NCBI GenBank assembly: GCA_951406725.2
Contig: OX597828.1
Coordinates: forward strand, 19,220,001 to 19,284,000
DNA length: 64,000 nucleotides
Origin: Octopus vulgaris
Taxonomy: Eukaryota
Reading direction: 5' to 3'
Part shown: positions 41,649-53,197 of the stretch, piece by piece
Layout of the letters: every line of letters begins with the position of its first letter
Position numbering within the stretch: position 1 is the stretch's first letter
Notes under the pieces: model-generated
Seen by the model: the letters and a program-made list of their open reading frames with translations, nothing else
Told to the model about the DNA's origin: nothing
Database searches by the model: none
Translations under genes and position numbers: made by a program

Positions 41649-42320
41649 ATGCCAACCGGGGGAAGAGGTGAAGCAAGGTTTACACAATTCAATATAGTCA
41701 ACTTTTATCTATTTATATCAAAAGGGCTGCTGGTCAAGGCACTTTCCTTAACTAAGGGCTTCATAGATATTAACAGTGGAGACATAGATGTTATCATACA
41801 TGCCAGGAGAACAGTGCTGTTCAGTAAAGATTTGACATGGGTCAAGCAATCCAACCCTTAGATTTCCTTTGATGGGGTAATGGGACCCCATGACAGCGCT
41901 CACATATGTGATCTCATAGGACTGTACATCATGACTACCTTAAGGAAGATGTTCCCGTAAGTCTACTTCGGTCTCTACAGAGATGACAGTCCGGCCATCT
42001 CTAAAGGAACCAATGGGCACACAATAGGCTCAGAAAGGACCTGATTATCACCCTAGGCTCTATGGGATACAAAATCACTATCAAGATTAATCTCACCACC
42101 GTAGATTTCCTAGATGTCACTCTAGACTTTGGTTCCAGTACACACAGGCCCTACTGCAAGCCAAACAAGAAGTTTTAAATTGGTCTCTTTCGACCCCTGT
42201 CATGTTCAAGTGGTGGTGGTATGGGTAGCAACAGCAGAAGCAGGGGCACTAGATTCCCCTCATCCACATGCCTCCAAGAACATTATCAGGATAACTGCTG
42301 TCAATGGACCTGGCAATTAG
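41649..42320 (+). mobile_element. Decayed Penelope-like (Neptune/Naiad-type) reverse transcriptase fragment
   Basis: FTQFNIVNFY..IS..LL.KAL, IIHARRTVLF, FDGVMGPHDSAHICDLIGLYI, GLYRDD, KITIKINLTTVDFLDVTLD across frameshifts. Confidence 0.75.
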
Positions 42321-42447
42321 AAGTCATATTTACTTAGCACTATCATCTCTCGCCAAAAATAAAATAACCTTTTAAATGCAACATGTATATATCATTTCTA
42401 AATAAGATGTTTCTCCTTCTATTTTATCTAGCACTTTCATTGCAAAC

Positions 42448-44724
42448 ATGAATAGACTAATGGTATTTGGAATCATCTGTGAAAATAAAACAAAGGTTTC
42501 TCTTCTCTATGCCACACACACGATTTCCATTAATGGTTTTACGTCACACGTCAACATCGAGGCTGAATATATAAATGAAAGCCAACACAAGACAGAAGCT
42601 AAGTTTGTTTTCCCTGTGGAAGAAGACAGTGCCGTATATAAATTCGAAGCTAAAATTGGTGATGTCCATTTAGTTGCCAAATCTAAAGACAAAGATGTTG
42701 CCAAAAAGGAATACAAAGAAGCTGTAGATAAAGGTCAGTCTGCTATTTTGTTGCGAGAGACAAGTACATCTGGCGATATTTTTGAGTATAGTTTAGGTAA
42801 TATTCCAGCAAATGAAAAGATCCTTTTACAAATATGCCTTGTTTCTGAACTTTCTTGTGAAGTTGATGGGGCAGTGAAATTTCATATGCCATTTGTGCTT
42901 AATCCCAGATATGGTCTTAAACCTGCAGATGAAAATTATCAAAATGCACCTAAACCAAAAGAGTTTAGTTTCAATGCCTCCGTCAACTGGAATTCACAAA
43001 TCAAAGACATCAAATCAGAACATCCAGTTAAGGTGGAATATCAGGATAACAAGTGTCATGCAACTGTGAGAATGGCAAAGGAATTCAGTTTTGAGAAAGA
43101 CCTTCTTCTGCAAGTGTACTATGAAGATGTAGAAAAACCACAAGTAATTTTAGAGAAAGGAGATGAGAATTCTAAAGGAATGTTTTCTAAAGATATTATG
43201 ATGATAAATGTATTTCCAAAACTCCCGCAAGTGAAACAATCTGCCGCTAATGACTATATTTTTGTTATTGATCGCTCAGGAAGCATGAGTGGAGAGAAAA
43301 TTGAAGCAGCAAAAGATACTTTGTTACTTTTCTTAAAAAGTTTACCTTTGGATTGCTCATTTAATGTTATCAGTTTCAATAATGATTTTGAATTTCTGTT
43401 CAAAGAAGGAAGCCGAGAATATAGTGAAGATTCTCTGAATGAAGCATTGAAATTCCAGAAAAATCTATATGCTTCAGGAGGGACAGAAATTCTTGATGCA
43501 CTGAAATCACTCTCTGACAAAAAACCATTTCAAAATTTCCATCGACAAGTATTCTTAATAACTGATGGTGAAGTCTACAACACAAACGATGTCATTCAAT
43601 TGGTCAAGTCACAAGTAAACAACACACGATACTTCACAATTGGTATTGGTTCTGGAGCTTCTACAGAATTGGTCAAAGGTATTGCCCGCGCAGGGAAGGG
43701 ACAAGCAGAGTTTGTGATGACAAACGACAACCTTAAGGCAAAAGTTATGCGTTTATTAAAATTGTCAATGCAACCATTTGTATCTTCGGTTTGTCTCTCT
43801 GCTAAACATGGTGAAAACAATAAAGAATTATCCTTTATTTCAGTTCCAGAAAGGCTGCCATGTATTTTCAGTGAAGAAAAATTAATCCTTTATCTAGTTT
43901 TGCATGAAACTGAGACTAGTTGCAAAAATGTGAAATTGAATCTTTGTGGTAAAATTGGTGAATCAGACTTTTCACTTGATTTTGAAGCAAGGTTGTTCAG
44001 ACAGAATGATAAAGAAATGACAATACACCGTCTTTGTGTGAAAAGGAAAATACAAGAACTGGAATTAAATGAAGATTTGGGTAAAGGCGATGAAATAAAA
44101 TCAGAGATTGTCAATTTGGGTACAGTGGCTAATTTGGTTTCAAAGTACACAAGTTTTATTGGTTTGAAGAAGCTTATTCCGGAATGTAAGCCAATGTCTC
44201 AAAGGGCTTCTTGTTCAGTGCCAGGATCACCACCACCACAGTATTTAGAAGAAGAGTTTGAATGCATAAGTTTTGATTCTGTAGATTCTAGTACTGATTT
44301 TGTGGATTCTGGTTTTGATTTTGTAGATTCTCGCTGCTTGTCTTGGGCATTTAGAAGATCATTAAATGTGAGTGATGTAGAATCCTTTATGTCTTCTAAG
44401 ACAACAAATGAGGACATTTTAACATGTTTGGTTGACCTACAAGCTTTCTCTGGTTTCTGGAATCTAGACGATCAATTGGCTCAAGCTCTCAATATTTCTC
44501 TTAAGGATCTGAACGATGAGAATCCATCTGTTAGTGATAAAGTATGGGCTACAGCTCTTGTTGTTGCTGTACTAAGAGAAAAATTAGCTTCCCAGCACTG
44601 TGAATGGGAATTTATTGAAAAGAAAGCAATTGTGTGGCTGGAATCTCAGAATATACAACCACTGTATTCAGAGAAGTTACTAGAAAAAGCTACAAACTTC
44701 ATAAAAAACAAAATGGTTGCCTAA
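42448..44724 (+). CDS. VWA5A: VWA5A-like protein (VIT + vWA + PARP4/VWA5A-type C-terminal domain), 758 aa, single coding exon
   Basis: VIT (EAKFVFPVEEDSAVYKFEA, YKEAVDKGQSA.LL, LGNIPA); vWA MIDAS IDRSGS, GGTEI, FLITDGEV, FTIGIG; NLVSKYTSF; C-terminal LQAFSGFWNL...WATAL...EWEFIEKKA..WL. Confidence 0.92.
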   Translation: MNRLMVFGIICENKTKVSLLYATHTISINGFTSHVNIEAEYINESQHKTEAKFVFPVEEDSAVYKFEAKIGDVHLVAKSKDKDVAKKEYKEAVDKGQSAILLRETSTSGDIFEYSLGNIPANEKILLQICLVSELSCEVDGAVKFHMPFVLNPRYGLKPADENYQNAPKPKEFSFNASVNWNSQIKDIKSEHPVKVEYQDNKCHATVRMAKEFSFEKDLLLQVYYEDVEKPQVILEKGDENSKGMFSKDIMMINVFPKLPQVKQSAANDYIFVIDRSGSMSGEKIEAAKDTLLLFLKSLPLDCSFNVISFNNDFEFLFKEGSREYSEDSLNEALKFQKNLYASGGTEILDALKSLSDKKPFQNFHRQVFLITDGEVYNTNDVIQLVKSQVNNTRYFTIGIGSGASTELVKGIARAGKGQAEFVMTNDNLKAKVMRLLKLSMQPFVSSVCLSAKHGENNKELSFISVPERLPCIFSEEKLILYLVLHETETSCKNVKLNLCGKIGESDFSLDFEARLFRQNDKEMTIHRLCVKRKIQELELNEDLGKGDEIKSEIVNLGTVANLVSKYTSFIGLKKLIPECKPMSQRASCSVPGSPPPQYLEEEFECISFDSVDSSTDFVDSGFDFVDSRCLSWAFRRSLNVSDVESFMSSKTTNEDILTCLVDLQAFSGFWNLDDQLAQALNISLKDLNDENPSVSDKVWATALVVAVLREKLASQHCEWEFIEKKAIVWLESQNIQPLYSEKLLEKATNFIKNKMVA

Positions 44725-45504
44725 CGATTTCTGTTTATTTCATACCTTAACATTTTAACTAGTATATCAATACTTTTACTCAGCTAATTTCTCTAACAGA
44801 TCAATAAACAAATATTTTATATATCTATAAAGCTTTAAAATATAATAAAATATAAAACCATAATCCTTATATTTATTGAACTTGTGTTATTTTCTGTGTG
44901 CAATATGAATATATGAAGTTTAAAGACATTCAAACTGAGTACTGAACATTTAACTCTGCATTGGAACTGAATTATTTAATTTTTTTCTTTTTTTAGCTGT
45001 AGGTGCAATAGTCACCAATCTTGGCTTTGCTTTTTATGCTTTTGATGTCCATAAAAGAATGGCCAATTAAGAAATAAAATTGATTAAATCAATTACATAC
45101 TCTACACACATTTCTGGCCCTGTACACGTTTTGTGAATCGGAATTTTAATGTAACTATGTGTATACCATATCCCGTCTTTTATCCACAACTCATTTTGGG
45201 CGTTGGACTGCAGCCATTCTAAGTCACAACCTAAAAGGCATTTTTTAGTTAAACACATCAACCCCAAAACTCATTTATTTTAAAATTAGGTAGTTATTCC
45301 ATCAGTCTCTATGGTAGAACAGCTAAATTATGAGGAGGTATAATAAACACACTCACACACACACACAAAATGGGCCTCCACCCTGTTCCTGTGTACCAAA
45401 CACACTCACAAGGAATTGGTCTGCTCTCGGCTATAATAGAAGACACTTGCTGAAGGTATTGTCTTGTGGGACTGAACCCTAAATATCATGGTTGTAAAGT
45501 TTTG

Positions 45505-46238
45505 TAACAAAAATAATTTTTTGTAACTAAACACTTTCAAACTTCGTATACTGGTAAGAATGTGTCACAGAAAATTCTCAAATTTTGGAAGTTATTTCTT
45601 GTTAAAGTTGTCATATTTCGGTAATTTCAACCAATCAATGACGTGTATTCAGATGAATAAAATTAATGCTGTTGTTTGTTAACAACTTCCGGCAGTGTAT
45701 ATTTCGTTTGTCGTTTTATTTATGACATATTTAATCTCAGTTACGTTTGTATGAATAAACGAGTGTATCTGAAGCATGTTTACTTTATAGCACCACCATA
45801 ATTGTTCGTGCTTCATTTTTCATTTTTTTCCGTAACCCTAACCCTAAAACCCCAACCCTAACCCTAAAACCTTAAACCTAACTCTAAAACCCTAACCCTA
45901 AAACCTTAACCCTAAAATCCTAACCCTAACACCTTAAAGCTAAAACCAGTACAAATGCATGAACAATGTCAAAAATAACAGTGACAAACACCGCCGATAG
46001 TTGTAGTTAACAAACGACAGCAGTAATTTTATTCAGCTGAATACACGTCATTGATTGGTTGAAATTACCAAAATACGACAACTTTAACAAGAAATAACTT
46101 CCAAAATACAGAATTTTCTCAACAACGCCAAGATTAAAAGATGTTTTATGTGACACATTCTACCAGTATACGAAGTTTGAAAGTGTTTAGTTACAAAAAA
46201 TTATTTTTTAAATCTGTCAGTCAAAAGGTAAAGATCCC
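45505..46238. mobile_element. Fold-back non-autonomous DNA element with central telomere-like (TAACCC/TAAAACCC)n; duplicated at ~62785-63517
   Basis: 45510-45690 is inverted relative to 46005-46210; degenerate CCCTAA array 45833-45945; further arm fragments at 48308-48493 and ~51640-51680. Confidence 0.7.
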
Positions 46239-46851
46239 CCTTCATTTTCTGGAAAAATGTCTAGATAGACTATTTTCATTTAAAAGTTATTAGTGTGGTA
46301 CACCCAAAAACTGAAGAATCTGAAATAAAAAAAAACGAAAGGACGTTACGCAAAATAATGACAACAAAACAATAGTGTTGCTATAGTATGCAAACCAGCT
46401 GGGAAAAGTTTTATCAAAATCGATTCACAGAAAACTGTGAAATCCTAAATTTCACTCCTAAGCTATTAGTGTGGTTTTAGGTGTATAGTAGCAATGCACC
46501 CCGGCGTTGCCAAGGTGTAATGACCTACAGTCACATTGTTTCTTTCTTACGGGCAGAATTAGCACACGTGGAACATGAAGCAAACAACTCTACCTTATGA
46601 ACATGCTTTTCGGTCATTTTGTGATTAACAACCCTGCAGTTTCCGTTTACCAAATTCAGTCAGATATCTATGGTTGATCTAGGGGCTATAGTAGAAAACA
46701 CTTGTCCAAGCTACCATGCAAAGGGACTGAACATGGAACCATATGGTTGGGAAGCAAACTTCTCAACTACACAATCATTCGTCCCACTATGTCTCCAAGT
46801 TAGAAGTTCATCAAGCAGAGATCTATAAAATAAATGCCAGATTGAAATACC

Positions 46852-47821
46852 AAAATCAAAACAAATCAAAATAGATGAACATCAATGGAATTTGTATCTT
46901 TGTGGTACCAGTGCCGTTGGCACACAAGAAAACCATCCGAACGTGGCCGTAGCCAGTACCGCATCGACTGGCCTCCGTGCTGTGGGCACGTAACAAACAC
47001 CATCCGATCGTGGCCGTTCGCCAGCCTCATCTGGCACCTGTGTCGGTGGCACATAAAAACACCATCCGAAGACCCGGCAAGACTAGTCAGGCCATAACCC
47101 GTGGCCCCTACCTGGGACGTAGTCAGTCCACCTGGGCATACCTTCCTTCTTGTGACACTTGTGAAGGCCTGTTGAGGCAAGTGAAAATCAAAATCAAAAC
47201 AAATCAAAATAGATGAACATCAATGGAATTTGTATCTTTGTGGTACCAGTGCCGGTGGCACACAAGAAAACCATCCGAACGTGGCCGTAGCCAGTACCGC
47301 ATCGACTGGCCTCCGTGCTGTGGGCACGTAACAAACACCATCCGATCGTGGCCGTTCGCCACCCTCATCTGGCACCTGTGTCGGTGGCACATAAAAAACA
47401 CCATCTGAGCGTGGCCGTCTGCCAGCCTCGTCTGGCACCTGTGTCGGTGGCACATAAAAAACACCATCCGAGCGTGGCCGTTCGCCAGCCTTGTCTGGCA
47501 CCTGTGTCGGTGGCACATAAAAAACACCATCTGAGCGTGGCCGTCTGCCAGCCTCGTCTGGCACCTGTGTCGGTGGCACATAAAAAACACCATCCGAGCA
47601 TGGCCGTTCGCCAGCCTCGTCTGGCACCTGTGTCAGTGGCACATAAAATCACCCACTACACTCTCGGAGTGGTTGGCGTTAGGAAGGGCATCCAGCTGTA
47701 GAAACACTGCCAGATCTGACTGGCCTGGTGCAGCCTTCGGGCTCCCCAGACCCCAGTTGAACCGTCCAACCCATGCTAGCATGGAAAGCGGACGTTAAAT
47801 GATGATGATGATGATGATGAT
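46852..47821 (+). mobile_element. SINE/RTE-tail element with Meta-like core, 338-bp tandem duplication and 5 x 63-bp internal repeats
   Basis: 46852 block repeats at 47190; GGCACCTGTG at 47371/47434/47497/47560/47623; GTGGTTGGCGTTAGGAAGGGCATCCAGCTGTA core; (GAT)n tail; related copies at 5140-5435, 10575-10785, 23945-24265. Confidence 0.75.
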
Positions 47822-48877
47822 TGCGGTCAGTATGACCAATTAAATTTTTGAAGGCGATACATCATCATGGCAACAGTCGAAAGAAAACCAAACAAAATAA
47901 TGTTTAACGACTTAATGGTTTCAAATTTAAGGTAATGGATTACTAACCACAGGATAATGAGTTCAAGACTTCGTATTGAACTTCCACTCTAAACGATAAC
48001 ACTATATGTGCATCTCAGTCTACTTGACTTCCAACAATTAACAATTGTAATCTGAAGTGGGATGGTTGGCCGTAAGAAAGATGACCAGATTTCTTTAAAA
48101 ATTATTGTGCAAAATATTCCGAGAGAAAGTATTTTTTTCCCCACAACAAAACACACTTGCACACACACACACACATGCACACACACATGCACGTGTGTGT
48201 CTGGTAACTTGAGCTACTACAAATAGTAGCAAATCTCTCTTAAAACACCCTTTCATCAAAAGAAACACACACATTTACAGTATTTCAGGGTTTAAAAAAA
48301 ATTCACCTCAATACACGTCATTGATTGGTTGAAATTGCTGAAATGCAAGAAATTAAACAACAAATAGCTTACAAACTACAGAAAGCCAAGAGAAAAAGAT
48401 GTTTTATAAACACATTCTACCGGTATACGAAGTTTAAAAGTGTTTAGTTACAAAGAAATTATTTTAAAAATCTGCCGGTCAAAGCGAAAAGATAACTAAA
48501 CCTCTGAAAACAGTGCCCCAACATGGCAGATGTCCAATAATTAAAACAAGTAATTGAATAACAGACTATACATTACAATGTATGCAGGATAGACCCCTTG
48601 CATTGAGGAAACCCCCTCCAGGATTTGATCACAGAATCTACAATGACAAACATGGCACACAAGAGATATACGATTAGCTATCAACACCAACACCAAATCT
48701 TTGGCTTATTCACAGCTTGGTTTAACTATGATAATATTATTTACACAAGGATACATATTGCATCCGTTTACACCAAATGAAACTATTTCGTTTCGCAATT
48801 AGTTTTTACATTCCTCATTTTTTGTTGTTTTTCCAATCGAAATATGTTTATTGTAGTATATCACTATATATAATGAG

Positions 48878-48941
<64 letters not shown>

Positions 48942-49032
48942 CATAAAATCACATTAAAATCCAAATCCAAACCGAACGCAAACAGGAGCGAAGAGGAGAA
49001 AAAAGGAAATAAAAAGTAAGAAAAATATCAAT

Positions 49033-50296
49033 TGAACACCAAAGCTATACGTCCCCTGCCCAATTCAAGATCACAACATACATGTACACTGCAATATAAT
49101 TTCTTTTCCTCAACAGGCCCTGCCCTATATAACATTGTCCCGAGGGAGATCAAAGAGGAAAAGGATCCCATCAACTTTAAACAGAGTCTGGATAGATTCC
49201 TTCAAAGAATACCAGATGAGCCACCCATAATTGGATACAACTCACCCAACAAGAACTCACTACTTGAACAAAACTAGATACAACACACCCAACAAGAACT
49301 CACTACTTGAACAAAACTGGATACAACTCACCCAACAAGAACTCACTACTTGAACAAAACTGGATACAGCTCACCCAACAACAAGAACTCACTACTTGAA
49401 CAAAACTGGATACAACTCACCCAACAAGAACTCACTACTTGAACAAAACTGGATACAACTCACCCAACAAGAACTCACTACTTGAACAAAACTGGATACA
49501 ACACACCCAACAAGAACTCACTACTTGAACAAAACTGGATACAACTCACCCAACAAGAACTCACTACTTGAACAAAACTGGATACAACTCACCCAACAAG
49601 AACTCACTACTTGAACAAAACTGGATACAACTCACCCAACAAGAACTCACTACTTGAACAAAACTGGATACAACTCACCCAACAAGAACTCACTACTTGA
49701 ACAAAACTGGATACAACTCACCCAACAAGAACTCACTACTTGAACAAAACTGGATACAACTCACCCAACAAGAACTCACTACTTGAACAAAACTGGATAC
49801 AACTCACCCAACAAGAACTCACTACTTGAACAAAACTGGATACAACTCACCCAACAAGAACTCACTACTTGAACAAAACTGGATACAACACACCCAACAA
49901 GAACTCACTACTTGAACAAAACTGGATACAACTCACCCAACAAGAACTCACTACTTGAACAAAACTGGATACAACTCACCCAACAAGAACTCACTACTTG
50001 AACAAAACTGGATACAACTCACCCAACAAGAACTCACTACTTGAACAAAACTGGATACAACTCACCCAACAAGAACTCACTACTTGAACAAAACTGGATA
50101 CAACTCACCCAACAAGAACTCACTACTTGAACAAAACTGGATACAACACACTCAACAAGAACTCACTACTTGAACAAAACTTGACTTAAACAAAACTTGA
50201 CTTAAACAGGATTCGAATAATCCTATCATGTGGTGCTATTAAGTTAGACATGGCCTGGACCAATCTTTGGTCGAAACATATCTAAGTTTATCTAAG
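49033..50296 (+). mobile_element. 3' fragment of a CR1/L2-group LINE
   Basis: GPALYNIVPREIK...FKQSLDRFLQRIPDEP..GY..NSLL ORF2 C-terminus; interrupts a sequence that is contiguous at 36190-36320. Confidence 0.7.
49233..50181 (+). repeat. Minisatellite, 22 x 43 bp (GGATACAACTCACCCAACAAGAACTCACTACTTGAACAAAACT)
   Basis: Period 43 (e.g. 49451 to 49494); span 949 = 22 x 43 + one 3-nt insertion. Confidence 0.95.
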
Positions 50297-50579
50297 AGGT
50301 CCCAAGTGGTTGTAGAAAGAGGTTTTCGTAATTGTCAATATAAATGTATTGATGGGCGTTGCTGGCCTCTCCCACGCCTCCTCTCTCTTTCTCTCTCTCT
50401 CTCTCTTCGTCCTCCCCTTCTCTGTCTAATTTGTTGTTGGTGGGGCACTATTATATAATCTGGTTCATCATCTGCTTTGGTATTATACTTAAAATTTGTT
50501 TTATTAATGAATTTACGTTTCTCGCTTAACCGGGTTGCTCGTACTTTTCTGTTGATGCATTTTACGTGGAGAACAGAAC

Positions 50580-50771
50580 TTCTAAGCTATTAAGATATTC
50601 AACCAATCTGTAAGATTACTTTCCACTTCATATATACGCAGTTCCGTTTCGTACAATTTCTTTTGGCAGAAAAGAAACCCGGATATATACCCGTTGTTTA
50701 TTTTATCCTCTTGAATTATAAACTTTAAACTTATCAACGAGACATATTTCACCTTTTATTTCTCTCAACAG
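50580..50771 (+). other. Putative non-coding first exon of VWA5A-like copy 2 (5' boundary approximate)
   Basis: Paralog of 38340-38521, CAG|GTAAGT donor; acceptor CAG at 59648-59650; the ATG lies 16 nt into the exon in both copies. Confidence 0.6.
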
Positions 50772-52057
50772 GTAAGTAACAACTTACTGCGATAATTTTA
50801 AAGCTTCTTCATGGACCGTGATAATTGACAAATGACTTAATCTAAACAACGGTCTTTTCTTATAATTAGTTTGTGCTCATTAGTTTTTCTATTGCTTTTA
50901 AACGTATTTTTACCCCTTTTTGAAATCTATTTCCTCGAAGTTTTTCTGTAAAAAGTTGCTAAAACATCTATATTGGACTTCGATCATCATTGACAAGTGA
51001 CATAATCAATATTTATTTTCTCTATAAATGATTTATATTCATTATTTGGGAAATGCTTTTTAATTTTTTAATTCGGACTTATTTTCCGCCCTTGTCTATG
51101 AAGATATATTTTCCACTTGAAATTATAGGATGGCGATATTGACGCCTTTAATTTCATTGCAATTCGCTTTCACTTTTATATTGACACTATTTTCTTTTTT
51201 CATCTGTAAACTGCACGTTAACCCGTTGTTTTGCCATGGGGCCAGTTGTTACCTTTCTTTTATCTTTTACTTGTTTCAGACATTTGACTGCGGTCATGCT
51301 GGAGCACTGCCTTGATGTGTTTTAGTCAAACAAATCGACCCCAGGACATATTTTTAAAACCTAGCACATATTCTATCGGTTTCTTGGTGGGGGTAAAGTG
51401 CAAGCTTTTTTTTTTTTATTTTCCATAACTTTCTTTGGATTCCTACGTTTTCGAAATCGGAGATTACGAGCGACTTTGCTTAAATAAAAATATGTTTTCA
51501 AAATTTTAATTCCCCACCACCCAATTTTTAAATTTTTCACTGATTTAAAAAAAATATTTTTTTCTGTTTAATCCTCCTGGAAACATACGGTGATTATGAA
51601 TATGGAAAAAAAAAAAGGATCCAATAATGTTTTCTTTTGACACATTCTACCAGTATACGAAGTTTCAAATTTTTTAGTTAACTAGAAAATTCCGTCCATC
51701 AAAAAGAAAAAATCCCAAAAGAATTTTTCATTTCAAATTTTCTTAGGAAACACACACACACTCTGGGCGTATATTCTGGATGTGCTTGGTGTGCAGTGCA
51801 TACCCATCGAAAATAGCAAATTCATTATAAATATTAATCTTACTTATTAATTTAATCACAAATTGTAATGGAAAACTTTTTTAATACCCCTGCTTGAAAT
51901 ATGGTAGCATTGGCTGTAGCAGCACACACAACTTGATACTGTAGCGATATCGTTACACTCATTGCTATCTTCACTGTTTGAGAAGAGTATTAAGAATAAT
52001 CTCGTTCGAGATTACAAACATCTTCGGCTAGTTTAACATTGTTGTAAACTCTAATTC

Positions 52058-52210
52058 GATTGGCTGACACGTGGTCTCTACTACGTTCGCACCGCTGGTT
52101 GTCACGTGACGCGATTTGTCTCCGCTTATTTTCGCGCCATTGTTCCAAGCAGCCAATCACAGCTTTCCATTTCTGAAGTTAGTTTTGAGCCACATAAACC
52201 TTATAAAAGA
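52058..52210 (+). promoter_or_regulatory. LTR U3 Pol II promoter-like cluster (duplicate at ~58021-58174)
   Basis: ATTGG, CACGTG, GTCACGTGAC palindrome, CCAATC, and TATAAAAG at 52202-52209. Confidence 0.6.
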
Positions 52211-52770
52211 AGTGTTCTCAGGAGGAAAATACAATGTTACTAAAACAAAGACACATTCACAAGTAGACAAACAAATGGTTTGATTAGGGTATAATCAATT
52301 TGGCGAGGAAACTAAAGAGAAAATATTACGACGATGACCACCACAGATCTACAATGGAAGAATTCACCACGTGTAGTTGAGGGTAAAAGAAATCGTTGAA
52401 CGACAGTAAGTACGTCCAAAATTTATAAAGCAGTGACATACATACATACATAGATACTTGTAGCACACATGTATATACGTGCAGAGTGAAAATAAATCAC
52501 ACTATTTAATGTGACGGACTACACTGCAAAAAAATCAAAAATTTCATTTCTGTTTACAAACTTTCTCCGTGTCTATACGCACAAATACTTTTATGTATAC
52601 ACACGCAATATTTAAGAAAAAAAGGAATATACACAAAAAAGAACGAAACATGTGTATATACACACACAATATTTAAGAACAAGGAATATACACAAAAAAG
52701 AACGAATCAAAAACAAATATTTTATATTTTACTTTTATCGTATTGTTGTTTACATTTTCTGTCTCTACGG

Positions 52771-53164
52771 ATGACCAGAACCAACAGAATCGCCATGGTG
52801 AAATCCATAGCGGCGTGCGATAAGACTGGTCGCTGCTCTAAAATAGAACACTGCCCAGAAAATCACACCTGCCACATCTGTACGGAACCCGAAAATACGT
52901 TCCGTAATCGCTGGGTCGAATGTGGGACATGTCTCATCTCTGTCTGCCTCCAATGTGCCACGGACTTTCAGAAGATCCCAGGCCCAAAAAAGAGCCATCA
53001 TAATGCTATGATGGATAGACTCTGGAAGATGGTTCAGCTTAAATCTTGGACTTTTCAGTGTCAGGCCTGCGTGCCTCCACAACCGACGATTGTGTCTCCC
53101 CCTTCCACTCCCGTGGAGGAGGCGGAACAGCAACAGCAGCAACAACAAAATCAACCACAACCAG

Positions 53165-53197
<33 letters not shown>

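Noticed and set aside
42507-44417. Minus-strand ORFs overlapping VWA5A
   Set aside because: Antisense shadows of the real CDS
45833-45945. True telomere or chromosome fusion site
   Set aside because: Short, degenerate, single orientation and embedded in an inverted-repeat element
46866-47701. Repetitive 113-140 aa ORFs
   Set aside because: Products of 63-bp SINE-internal repeats whose length is a multiple of three; no protein motif
49233-50181. CRISPR-like regular array
   Set aside because: Units are head-to-tail with no unique spacers, there are no cas genes, the context is eukaryotic, and the unit derives from a LINE end
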